This document shows, piece by piece, positions 26,881 through 38,296 of a stretch of 64,000 nucleotides of DNA. The DNA is from Chiloscyllium plagiosum (lineage: Eukaryota). Under the pieces are notes generated by a model. The model was not told the origin of the DNA and searched no databases. It saw nothing but the letters and a program-made list of their open reading frames with translations. A program made the translations under genes and the position numbers. The first letter of the stretch is position 1. The number at the start of each line of letters is the position of its first letter. The stretch spans positions 13,413,058 to 13,477,057 of the forward strand of contig NC_057746.1 of NCBI RefSeq assembly GCF_004010195.1. Direction: 5' to 3'.

Positions 26881-27713
26881 ATAGAGAGCTTACCTGCAGA
26901 CACGTCTCTGACAACAGACCACGCTGAGCATCCAGACCATAGGTGTAATGGAGTGAAGCAGACGCACACAAGGTGGCGCAATGTTTTACAGTTGGGAGAA
27001 AAATGGCTTGCAAGTTGCCAACATTGAATAAGGATGCGGCTAAGCTTCAATACAATTCCATACACAAATATGCAGAAAATTGTCCAGCAAGTCTGTCCAC
27101 AAAACTGAGCTCATTTTAGGTTGTCAGGATCATTTGGCTCCAGACTTCATTACAGCCATGGTCCAGACATGGAAAGTAGCATCCCAAAAGGGAGAGGAGA
27201 GTGGTTAACATTTTCATTAAAACAGCATTTGACCAAGAATGGTATCAAGGGAACGGTAGTAAAATTTAAGTCAGTGAGCATCAATGGGAAAGCTTTGATT
27301 GCAGTCATTTCTAGCTCAAAGGAAGCTTGTTTTGTTGGAGGCCAATCATTTCTACCAGGGCAGGAGTTCCTCAGGTCAGTGTCCTCAATCCAAGCATCTT
27401 CAGCTGCTTCAACTGCACAGCTCACCTTGGAGAAATGGCACAAAAATGTTCATAGATGATCAAGAGAACACTGAAGGATTCATATTGAAACCTATTGGAG
27501 AAGCCAAGGTGATATAAAAAAGGAATAGCAAACAGCTTATAATGGAAGAGAAAATGCAGCAATTAAGAAAATCTTCCCTGGAACGGAATGTGGGTATAGT
27601 GGTGATTTAGGATTCAGTTGTAATTTGTATTTATTGATGATGGGTTAACCTGTTAATTCTGTTACTCTTTCAACATTGTATAATCAACATAATATTGCTT
27701 CAGAGTCTCTTAC

Positions 27714-27993
27714 CCCAGTCCACACTTTTGAATCCACTCAGGCTGCTGTGTTGCACACGACAGGTATTTATCCCCAGACACTGGCTGGTACTGGAGGAGA
27801 TCCTCCACCTGATAGGTCCAGTCACCATCTGATAACAAGACAGTGTTGATGACAGCATCAGGAATTGGTACTCCATTTTTTAGCCATGTGACTTTGATCT
27901 GGGGAGTGTAAAATCCAGTGACATGACATGAGAGCGGAGCTGACTGTGCAGAATGCTGAGATACTTTAGGTAGGAGAGTGACTGTCAGTTCAT
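27714..27993 (-). pseudogene. MHC class II beta chain, beta2 (Ig C1) exon, frameshifted
   Basis: Acceptor ttctgttccag|AT at 27993 and donor TGGG|GTAAG at 27714. Reads DELTVTLLPK...LSCHVTGFYTPQIKVTWLKNG...LLSDGDWTYQVEDLLQYQPVSGDKY, then in a shifted frame CRVQHSSLSGFKSVDW. The exon is 280 nt; restoring TAC[AC]C gives YTC and the usual 282-nt class II beta2 exon. Confidence 0.93.
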
Positions 27994-29049
27994 CTGGAAC
28001 AGAAAGAAAGTTCATAAAAAGTACAGGACAAGTTCAAATGTTTTCAGTTTATGTCTGACTCTCCCATCCCCATTTGTAATTCCTGAATAACCCCAATTGG
28101 ATCGGTTATGTCATGTTGGATGCCTATATTAGGCCTGGCCTTCATTCAGGTGACCAAGATTAAGATATGTTTTGGAAATTGAGAAATTGCAATAGAAAAA
28201 CAATACTTAAAACACCTCCAAATGTCCCCGATTGGACCACATTAAGATATAGTCTCATTCTAAATGGCTCAAACTCTCCAGAAGCCCTAGTGTAAACTGC
28301 AAGTCAGACTAGGTGAGAGCTCAAACAGCAAGAAGAGACAATGTTGGGTATTAACTGCAGTCACTTCTAAAACATGCTGAGTAAGGTCCAGGCAAACAGC
28401 ATAACGTACAGCAGTAGGACTAGCTGATTAGCATCAGCACAGAATACCTATTATTCAGTGTCAGGCATCATTATTTAGAAATGAGCAAGGTCAGATTTAA
28501 CTTTTAAATTTAATTTATTTCATTAATCAACCTGTTTGGACATTTTATTACACACCTTGGAGGTGGGGCTTAAACCTGCGTTTCAATCCAGGAGGGACAT
28601 TACCACGAGCAGAGCAGGAATATTTCTCTAACAATGACCACAATGTGATCAAAGTGCAATATTGTATTTAAACGACAGCAATATGAAACTCTCAAGGTCT
28701 TAGTTTTAGGCCAGGGTGGATGCAGTGAAATGAGATTGTGCGAGCTCATTGTAATTGGGTAAAAACAATAAATGTGTAAAATATAGACAGTGGGAAGTGT
28801 TGATGATATTGAACCAGTTTATACACCCATAGCAGGGAAGGGACCTCTATTTGTCTAAAACATCACAGACACTAAAGTAGAAAATAAATACAAAGTAACA
28901 GAAGGGTTCTTGAGGCACAGTGGTAGTGTCCCCACCCTTAAGTCCCACCTGTTCCAGAGGGATGTCATAACAGCACTGATTAGGTTGATTAGAAAACATA
29001 ATAGCGTCTGGTGAATGGAAGTGATAAGTAGCACATGACAAAACAGATG

Positions 29050-29534
29050 AGCCACAACCCAACTCCTGCACTCAAAGAACTGGCCAATGAAGGCAAGCGT
29101 GTCAGACACCTTTTCAAACACCCTGTATACATGTGAAGCAAACTTCAAAGATTTGTGCACCGGTACCCCTAGGTCCCTCTACTATAGAGCTATCTAAGGC
29201 TCTACCATTAATTGTATAAACCCTACCCCTGTATGTTGTACCAAAAGGCAATATCTCAACTTATCCAGATTGAACCCCACCTGCCATTTTTCAGCTGAAT
29301 TGATTAAGATCCCTCTGTATTCTTAGATAACTTTCTTAGTCTACTGTCATCAATTTTTGTGCCTGTAAATTTACTAACCATGCCCTCTTAATTCCCATCC
29401 AAATCAGTTTTATAAGTGACAAACAAGAGGACCCAGATTCATTCTTGTGGAACACCGCTGATGACAGGCTTCCAGTTTGAAAAACAACCCACCACCATTA
29501 CTGTCTCCTATCATTAAGCTAATTTTATATCCCA
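29050..29534 (-). mobile_element. CR1 RT fragment
   Basis: HKSLKFASHVYRVFEKVSDTLAFIGQ on the minus strand. Confidence 0.8.
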
Positions 29535-30905
29535 TTGGCAAGCTCTCTGATTCCCATGGAAGAGATTGCAGAGCCATTGGCCTTGATTTTTATGTCCTCG
29601 TTGTCTACAGGAGTAGTGCCAGAAGATTGGAGGCTAGCAAATGTGGTTCCCTTGTTCAAGAAGGGGAGTAGGGATAACCCTAGTAACTATAGGCCGGTGA
29701 GTCTCACTTCTGTTGTGGGAAAAATCTTAGAGAGAATTGTAAGGGATAGGATTTATGAACATCTGGATAGGAATAATGTGATCAAGGATAGTCAGCATGG
29801 TTTTGTGAAGGGCAGGTCGTGCCTCACAAACCTTATTGAATTCTTTGAGAAAGTGACTAAGGAGGTGGACGAGGGGAAAGCAGTAGATGTGGTATATATN
29901 NNNNNNNNNNNNNNNNNNNNNNNNNNNNNNNNNNNNNNNNNNNNNNNNNNNNNNNNNNNNNNNNNNNNNNNNNNNNNNNNNNNNNNNNNNNNNNNNNNNN
30001 NNNNNNNNNNNNNNNNNNNNNNNNNNNNNNNNNNNNNNNNNNNNNNNNNNNNNNNNNNNNNNNNNNNNNNNNNNNNNNNNNNNNNNNNNNNNNNNNNNNN
30101 NNNNNNNNNNNNNNNNNNNNNNNNNNNNNNNNNNNNNNNNNNNNNNNNNNNNNNNNNNNNNNNNNNNNNNNNNNNNNNNNNNNNNNNNNNNNNNNNNNNN
30201 NNNNNNNNNNNNNNNNNNNNNNNNNNNNNNNNNNNNNNNNNNNNNNNNNNNNNNNNNNNNNNNNNNNNNNNNNNNNNNNNNNNNNNNNNNNNNNNNNNNN
30301 NNNNNNNNNNNNNNNNNNNNNNNNNNNNNNNNNNNNNNNNNNNNNNNNNNNNNNNNNNNNNNNNNNNNNNNNNNNNNNNNNNNNNNNNNNNNNNGACTGG
30401 AGGTTGGCTAACGTGGTGCCACTGTTTAAGAAGGGTGGTAAGGACAAGCCAGGGAACTATACACCAGAGAGCTTGATGTCGGTGGTGGGCAAGTTGTTGG
30501 AAGGAATCCTGAGGGACAGGATGTATTTGGAAAGGCAAGGGCTGATTAGGGATTGTCAACATGATGATTTTACAAGATGATTAGGGGTTTAGATAGGGTC
30601 GACAGTGTGAATCTTTTTCCACGTATGGAGTCAGCTATTATGAGGGGGCATAGCTTTAAATTAAGGGGGGGGGGGGTAGGTATAGGACAGATGTTAGGGG
30701 TAGGTTCTTTACTCAGCGAGTCGTGAGTTCATGGAATACCCTGCCAGTAGCAGTGGTGGACTCTCCCTCATTATGGGCATTTAAGCGGGCATTGGATAGG
30801 CATATGGAGGATTGTGGGCTAGTGTAGGTTAGGTGGGCTTGGATCGGCGCAACATCGAGGGCCGAAGGGCCTGTACTGCGCTGTATTCTTCTATGTTCTA
30901 TGTTT
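29535..30905 (+). mobile_element. Young CR1 RT pieces on both sides of the gap, ending in a TTCTATG-type tail
   Basis: Uninterrupted EEIAEPLALIF...PEDWRLANVVPLFKKG...NYRPVSLTSVVGK...SQHGFVKGRSCLTNLIEFFE up to the gap. Confidence 0.93.
29900..30394. other. Assembly gap (495 N) inside the beta1-beta2 intron, flanked by CR1 sequence
   Basis: Run of N. Confidence 1.
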
Positions 30906-31391
30906 ACTAATTTAGTCTTTGACAAAGGTTCCACATGGTAGACTAAAGTCCACGTCCACCATGTCTAGCAAAGGTCATGTCAGAACACTTAAACACAGTG
31001 CATGTGGTTGAGGCAGGGTTCAATGGAGGCATACAAGGGGGACTGGGTTGATTATTTGGATAGAAATGGTATAGGGATATGGAATAAAGGCGGGAGATTT
31101 GTAGTAGGTCATGATGATTGAAGAGCTGGTACGTTCATAATGGGCCAAGTGGGCCTGTGCACCATAATCTTTTGAGGTTGCAGAGGGCTGATTGTGCAAT
31201 AGGGTTGGAGGAGTTTTAGGTAACAGGAACAGCGTGCGGGCTGAGGATCTCTAACTCAGACTCAGTCTGGGACCATGTTTCCAGTGCGGTGCAGTGTTGG
31301 GAAAGTGAGGAAAGCTCTCCCCTCAGACACACACTGGGGCGGGGGCACTGCTGATATCTCCCTGTGCCCCCACCCCACGGGCCGCTCTCAC

Positions 31392-31650
31392 CTTTCCAGG
31401 GCAGCACCTCTCTCCAGGATACCAATGGTAGCCGGACATGCAGCGAACACTTCTTGGTATATGGCTTCCCCTCTCTCTTTAATGAATCTCTCCGCATAAG
31501 ACTTCATCCAGTCCTTCACCGCAATGAACCTCTTCTGGTTAAAGTCGAAATACATGATCAGCTGTTGGTCATAGATGAACTGGTCAAAGTAGGTCCAGTT
31601 CCCGGAGCTGTTAAACTCACAGCCGGCAGCTATGCTCAAGGTGAGAGTCT
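31392..31650 (-). pseudogene. MHC class II beta chain, beta1 (peptide-binding) exon, frameshifted
   Basis: Acceptor tgcctctcag|AG at 31650 and donor AAAG|GTGAG at 31392. Translation (E)TLTLSIAAGCEFNSSGNWTYFDQFIYDQQLIMYFDFNQKRFIAVKDWMKSYAERFIKERGEAIYQEVFAACPATIGILER has the Cys pair, an NSS glycosylation site and the shark IIB-like YDQQ..Y.D.NQ..FIAVK.WMKS block. The exon is 259 nt; adding 2 nt in GAGAGAG (31414-31408) gives ...ILEREVLPWK and a 261-nt phase 1-1 exon. Confidence 0.92.
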
Positions 31651-32629
31651 CTGAGAGGCACAGAGACACAGATGGAGTTAGTGCAGGTCTGAGCCTGACG
31701 GTCATTTGTATTAAAATATCAGTACCGTCCACAGTAATCACAATGTAAGGTATGAAAACAAGCTGGAGGGAAAGACAGCGGCACATTTCCAAAGCCCCCT
31801 GAATACCCACTGGGGTGAGATACTTTGGGAAATTATTATCAAATTTCAAATATCAAATTAAGTCAACTTATTCAGACACAATTGCATCTCCCTGGCAGGT
31901 GGAACATGAACCCAGACCTTCTTGTTTATAGATAAGGACGTGACCACTAGGTGCAAGGCACACACACACACACCCCAAGAGGCAGGGATACTACCACTGC
32001 ACTACAAGAGCCCCATGATTTGAGATTGTTTAAGGTCAATCATCGCAGTCCATGGACATATCTGCAGGAGTTCCTCAGTCTAGAAATTTTCAAATTAACC
32101 TGTTCAAATATTTTCTTACTACCTCTAGAAGAGATGGGCTTAACTCCACACCTCCTGGCTCAGGTAGGGACTTTACCACTCTGCCATAACAGCCCTCCTA
32201 ATTTGGTTTTAACTTAAATATTTTGAATAGAGACAATATGACTAAGCATTCATTCCATGAAAACTAGGGGAATTAAGTCACATGCACATCAGATTAATGT
32301 CAAATGTTTGATTCATTATTGCCAACCAAACCAGTGAGTAAGTCTAATATTAACCAAAAGAGTATCTTTTACTTAATATCAACATTATAAAAAAAATTGC
32401 AGTACTTATCATAAAGCTTCACTGTCCTTAGATGGGGACATACACCAAACGGTTGAAGCTTGAGGAAGCATGAACCTCACACATTAAACACTTCAGATGT
32501 TCCAGACTTGGTTCAAAAACTCAAACACTGCTCAACATTTGTCGATGCCAGTTGTTTCTAATGGTTCTGCATTCTTATTAATACCAACATATCTTTTGTT
32601 TATTTACTTGCGTGATTACTACATACTCA

Positions 32630-33128
32630 GTCAGCTGTATAGCACAGAAACAGACCCTTTGGTCCAACTTGTCCATGCTGACCAGATATCCTAATCTAAT
32701 CTGTTCCCACTTGCCAGCACTCAGCCCACATCTCTCTAAACCCTTCCTATTCATATACCCATCCAGATGCCTTTTAAATGCTGTAATTGTATTAGCCTCC
32801 ACCACTTCCTTTGGCAAATCATTCTATACTCGCACCACCCTCTGTGAAACATTTGCCCTTAGGTCTCTTTCATATCTTTCCCATCTCACCCTAAACCTAT
32901 ACTGGACTCTGGACTCCCCCACCCCAGGGAAAAGACTGTACTTATCCTATCCATGCCCCTCAATTTTATAAACTTCTAGAACACTCAGCTTCCAATGCTC
33001 CAGGGAAAACAGCCCCAGCCTATTTACCTCTCCCTACTGCTCAAACCCTAGCAATATCCTTGTAAATCTTTTCGGAACCTTTCAAGTTTCACAACATCTT
33101 TCGGATAGACAGGAGACCAGAACTGCAA
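32630..33128 (-). mobile_element. CR1 3' end
   Basis: Reverse complement of the 33620-34150 region. Confidence 0.9.
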
Positions 33129-33164
33129 GAGACACTTCAATTGAACATAATCAAGAACAAACCC

Positions 33165-34150
33165 ACGCTGGGTCCTCTACTTTTTGTCATTTATATAAAT
33201 AATTTGGATAGGAGCATAAAAGGTATGGTTAGTAAGTTTGTGGATGATACCAAAATTGGAGCTATGGTGGACAGTGAAGAAGGTTACCTCAGATTACAAC
33301 AGGATCTGGACCAGATGGGCCAATGGGCTGAGAAGTGGCAGATGGAGTTTAATTCAGATAAATGAGAGGTGCTGCATTTTGGGAAAGCAAATCTTAGCAG
33401 GACTTATACACTTAATGGTAAGGTCCTAGGGACTGTTGCTGAACAAAGAGACCTTGGAGTGCAGGTTCATAACTCCTTGAAAGTAGAGTCCCAGGTAGAT
33501 AGGATAGTGAAGGTGGTGTTTGGTATGCTTTCCTTTATTGGTCAGAGTGTTGAGTACAGGAGTTGGGAGGTCATGTTGTGACTGTACAGGACATTGGTTA
33601 GGCCATTGTTGGAATATTGCGTGCAATTCTGGTCTCCTTCCCATTGGAAAATGTTGCGAAACTTGAAAGGGTTCGGAAAATATTTACAAGGATGTTGCCA
33701 GGTTAGGAGGTTTTGAGCTATAGGGAGATGCTGAAAGGCTGCGGCTGTTTTCCGTGGAGTGTCGGAGGCTGAGGGGTGACCTTATAGAAGAGCATGACAA
33801 AATTATGAGGGGCATGGATAGGATAAATAAACAAAGTCTTTTCCCTGGGGTGAGGAAGTCCAGAACTAGAGGGCATAGGTTTAGGGTGAGAGGGTAAAGA
33901 GACCCAAGGGGCAACGTTTTCATACAGAGGGTAGTACATGTGTGGAATGAGCTGCCAGAGCTGGAGGAGGCTGGTAAAATTGCAACATTTAAAAGGCATT
34001 TGGATGTGTATATGAATAGGAAGGGATTGGAGGGATATGGGCAGTTGCTGGCAGGTGGGACTAGATTGGATTGGGATATCTGGTCGGCATGGACAGGTTG
34101 GACCGAAGGGTCTGTTTCTATGCTGTACATCTCTATGACTCTGACTCTAT
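33165..34150 (+). mobile_element. CR1 3' ~1 kb
   Basis: LGPLLFVIYINNLD..SKFVDDTKIG; ctatgactctgact tail. Confidence 0.92.
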
Positions 34151-34159
34151 TCAGTACTG

Positions 34160-34310
34160 ATTTGGAGATGCCAGTGTTGGATTTGGGTTTACAAAGTTAA
34201 AAATCTCACAACACCAAATTATAGTCCAACAGGTTTAATTGGAAGCACTAGTTTTCAGAGTGCCGCTCCTTCATCAGGTGGTTGGACTATAACCTGGTGC
34301 GTGATTTTTA
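34160..34310 (-). mobile_element. Penelope terminal repeat (family B) with hammerhead motif
   Basis: 16-bp duplication actctattcagtactg (34144-34159 / 34311-34326); CAC-CTGATGA-A-GGAG-CGGCA-CTCT-GAAA-AC-TA-GTG; internal inverted repeat (tatagtccaac / gttggactata). Confidence 0.8.
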
Positions 34311-34759
34311 ACTCTATTCAGTACTGCAGACTTACAGCAAAAGTACACTTAAAAACTATGAACTCTGTTCCTGTGCTGGTTCCTCCAAGGTTAGCTGTGC
34401 ATTTCACTGTTAATCTTTTTCTAGATACACTCTGCTATCCAGAGAAACAAGAACTGAAACAGCAAAGGCAGTAATTGTGCAGATTCATTGTCAGTTAGCA
34501 GGTGTCTGTCTCCCTTTTGACTATGTGCTTGCTTTCTTTATCTGTCTTTCCTCCTTTTAAAGTGCCGTTGTTTAAACTTTTTCTCTCGAAACTCCAAAAC
34601 AATGGAACAGCATATGAAACAGTTATGAAATAGTTGCTCCTGTAATTCAAGGAAATCACCTCCAACACCTAGAAACCTCAAAAAGGAGCAGTTCTTACAG
34701 CCACAGTTTTCCCCTGTCCTCCATTTGGATTACCCAGAATACCAATGTACAATCATCAG

Positions 34760-35960
34760 AACAATTGTAGGTATTCAGCCCTTTAAGTCTGCTGTTCTAT
34801 TCAATAAAATCATGGCTGCTCTTGTGTGGTCTCACCTCTACTTCCCTTAACCCATGACTCTTTAGATTTTTTGATAAGCTTCAGTGAAATTGCCTTGAAT
34901 TTAAAGATCCAGCCTCCACCAGCTGCTGTGATTAAAATTCCACATTCTGATGGCCCTCAATATGTGTCAAGTCTTAAAAAGGAGACTTCCCCTAAAAAAT
35001 TTACTGAGCTTCCCCCATAAAAGAAAACACCCCCCCCCCCCCCCCACACATACACACACACACAGACACACACACACAGACACACACACCTGACATTCCG
35101 TTGTATTCTGTCCCTTCTTTGTGTTCCTATAAGGTCACTTAATGTTTCTCAACATCAACCAATATGGAGCTAACGGTTCAGCCTTCCCTCCCAAGATAAG
35201 TCCTTGACCCCAGGAATCAGTCAACTAAACATTTTCTGAGCTGTTTCTGAATCAGTTATCTCCCTGCACCCTAAGAACAAAATTATATACTACTCCAAAT
35301 GTGGTCTCACCAAAACCCTGAACAACTACCATGGAAGTTAATTACTATTCTCCTTGCCATAAGCAACATTTCTTTTGCCTTCTGAATCACTATTTCCAGT
35401 TCAATTTTCATTTATGCTCTAGCACATCCAGATTCCTCTTTACCACAAGTTCGGTTATAGTTCTTCCCATTTAAATTATCTATTATTCCATCCAAAATGG
35501 GAGTATTCACATTTATCCACATAATCCTCCATCTATCAAATTTTAACCATTCACTTAACTCCTTTGCATACTCACCTCTTAACTTGGTATCATTAAATTT
35601 CACTATCGTACATTCAGTCCACTCATCCAGCTTAAATCGTACATAATTGAGATTATCATCTCATCCCATCCCTGTGGCACTCTACAGAGACAGCTTGTCA
35701 TTTAGAGTTAGAGTCAGAAGTACAACACGGAAACAGACCCTTCAGTCCAACTCGTCAATGCTGACCAGATATCCTAACCTAATCTAGCCCCATTTGACAG
35801 CACTTGCCTCATATCCCTTTAAATCTATTCATATATCCATCTAGATGCCTTTTAAATGCTTCAATTGTACCAGCCTCTACCACTTCCTCTGGTAGCTCAT
35901 TCCATACACACACCTGTGCGAAAAAGTTGCCCCTTAGGTCCCGTTAATATATTTTCCCTC
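34760..35960 (-). mobile_element. CR1 3' fragments, with a poly-C/(CA)n tract at 35029-35089
   Basis: Reverse complement of CR1 RT and tail motifs; microsatellite seen directly. Confidence 0.8.
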
Positions 35961-35967
35961 TACTTAC

Positions 35968-37360
35968 GTGAGAGAAAAGAAGAACTTATATCACTAGCTC
36001 CAGTCGTAATTTTCATTTAATTAAATAGACTAGCCGCAGCGACCACAAGAGAGGTTAAGGTCTTCCAAACAGCACGTCTTTGCCTCTCTCCAGGGGGCAT
36101 GAATTGAAAACCTTTTTTTTCAAACACCAGTCTTTGAGCCAAATAACTAAGTAAATAAATCATAACCAATTAACTCAATTTTTGCTTTCAAATCATCAAG
36201 CCTTTTGCATATGCAACAAGCATCCTTCTTTCGTTTCTTTTATTCTGACCTTGAAACGCGATGCTTCATTTCAGTTGTATTTCTTACTCAACACTTGATT
36301 TCTACTTTTACTTCCCGTGAACCAGAGCTCCCACTCTTGCTCCAGCTCCAGATTAATCTCTCCAAACTATATTTGCAAATGTCCGTGTGAGCATGCTAAA
36401 GCCAGTCTAGCCAAGGTACAAGCAAACCATCTTTTTAATGTCTTTATCACTCATATACATGTCAATAGATTACAGCGGCCCAGCATGTTTTATGGGTAAT
36501 TGTCAGAGTATTACCAGGCTCAATGGAACTCAACTATTAGCGAAAGTGACTCAGAGAATATGGTGCTCTTTTTTCCATCCTCAGCAGAAGTCACAAAAAT
36601 AGTGACTTTAAGACACTTGTCATGTCAACAAATGTCACCTCTGTGTTCTTAAGTAATAAGTCGTTGTGCGGAATTGCCTAGATCACCACATGTATAGTTG
36701 CTCTCCATTTTTGGTTAATGTTTAACAGATGATCATTGCTCGGCTTATGGAGACACTAAAGTCCAAGAAAAAGTTCACTGTTAAGATCTTAGCTTCAGGA
36801 TTTTCACACAATCAGGATGAATGCATCATGTGCGAGTGAGGACTGCAGATGCTGGAGATCCGAGTCGGAACGTGTGGTGCTGGTAAAGCACAGTCGGCCC
36901 GGCAGCATCCGAAGAGCAGAAGAATCGAGGATTCGAGCGTAAGCTTTTCATCAGGAATTTAGTTCATTTTCTAAATTAGGATGATGTCTAATTTGAGAGG
37001 AAATTTAGACTGTTCCACTTGTCTGTTTAAGAGGTCGGAGAAAGCGATTTTACCCGTGAAACTTTGTGAAATACTTCCGATTCTCCTGTGGATACGAAAC
37101 ATTAACAATGCAGCGCCAATGATGGATGGAACAATTATTAAACTAGTCAATGCTGCTCAAGTGAGCGTTTTTGTCCTGATGGTTTCGAGAATTCAGATAT
37201 CATTCTGATTGCATACATACAGGCAGGCAGAAAGTATCGAATGTTACTCCCGCATTCTCTTATTCCTGCTTAAAATTATTGAGCTCACAGCAAGTACCAA
37301 GTGCATTGCGCTCATCTCTGCAGCCTCAAAGTCAGCATTTTGCAATCTAAATGACTGCTT
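35968..37360 (-). mobile_element. Very old CR1 5' portion (ORF1 end and APE start)
   Basis: Minus strand ICKRLDDLKAKIELIGYDLF resembles the CR1 APE start (compare RVNDLVASIEIGREDVVSIT in ORF 62392-62742); the upstream DGL...RTFA...GEINL resembles the ORF1 end. Confidence 0.5.
36835..36957 (-). mobile_element. Solo Penelope terminal repeat (family A), degenerate hammerhead
   Basis: Same ~125-bp unit as 5550-5673. Confidence 0.8.
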
Positions 37361-38296
37361 GCAATTTTGGAGAAGATTTGCAGCTCAGGTTGAGGTTCAG
37401 GTTGTACGTTTTGTCGCTAAGCTGGAAGGTTTGTTGTCAGATGTTTCATCACCATGCTAGGTAACATTATCGGTGAGCCTCCAGCGAAGCATTGATGGTA
37501 TGTCCCGCTTTCTATTTATGTGTCTTGATCTCTTAAAGTGAGTGATACCATTTCGGGTTATTTTCCTTAGGGATTGGTAAATGGGTTCCAAATCGATGTG
37601 TTTGTCAATGGAGTTCCAGTTGAATGCGAGCCTCTAGGAATTTCTGTTTATGTCCCTGTTTAGCCTCTCTTCGGATAGATGTGTTGTCCCAGTCGAAGTG
37701 GTGTGCTTCTTCACCTGTATGAAAGGATACTAGTGATAGTTGGTCATGTCCTTTGGTGGCTAGTTATCGTTCCTGTAGCCTGGTGGCGAATTTTCTGCCT
37801 GTCCGATGTAGTGTTTCTTACAGTCCTCACATTTCATTTAGTAAATTATATGGGTTTTAGTGCTTGTTTGTGTAGCGTCCTTTACGTTCATCAGCCACTG
37901 TTTAAACGTGTTGGTCATCAGCCGATGTTTAATTGTGTTGATAGGTTTGTGGGCTAACATGTTGCTTAGTGGACGAAGTTGTCTGGTAGAGATGTCGTTG
38001 ATGTGTGTTAATGTGGTTAGAATATCTAGGCGTGTTTTGTCTTCTTGTTTGGGTTTGTTGTTTAAGAATCAGATGACTGTGTTAATTGGGTGCCCGTTCT
38101 TCTTGAATAGGTATTTTTCTTCTGCGCGTAGTTCCTGGGTGTTGCAGTGTGCTGTGGCCTGTTTAAATAATGTCCTGATGCAGCTCCGTTTGTGGATGTT
38201 GGGATGATTGCTTCTATAGTTAAACATCTCGTCTGTGTGTGCGGCTTCCTGTAAACTCTGGTCGCACGGTCTTCATTTACTGTTCGTTCATGCACT
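37361..38296 (-). mobile_element. Penelope (Poseidon-like) 3' fragment: RT thumb, GIY-YIG remnant, family C terminal repeat
   Basis: TRVYRKP..., YRSNHPNIHKRSCIRTLFKQATAHC on the minus strand. Confidence 0.85.

Noticed and set aside
26772-27065. ORF with CAG|GTAAG donor downstream of beta2, as a possible TM exon
   Set aside because: No hydrophobic Gly-rich class II TM motif in any frame examined.
29535-30562. Long ORFs of 174-313 aa
   Set aside because: They are artefacts of translating through the N gap; the real parts are CR1 RT.
35968-36100. Apparent MHC leader exon (ATG...MPPGERQRRAVWKTLTSLVVAAASLFN*MKITTGASDISS, phase-1 GTAAGT donor, ATTGG upstream)
   Set aside because: It has an in-frame TAA and continues a degraded CR1 APE region (compare VALLVKTEIKAIATSEVGS in ORF 62392-62742). 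The Y-box-like ATTGG lies in the same remnant and there is no convincing X box.
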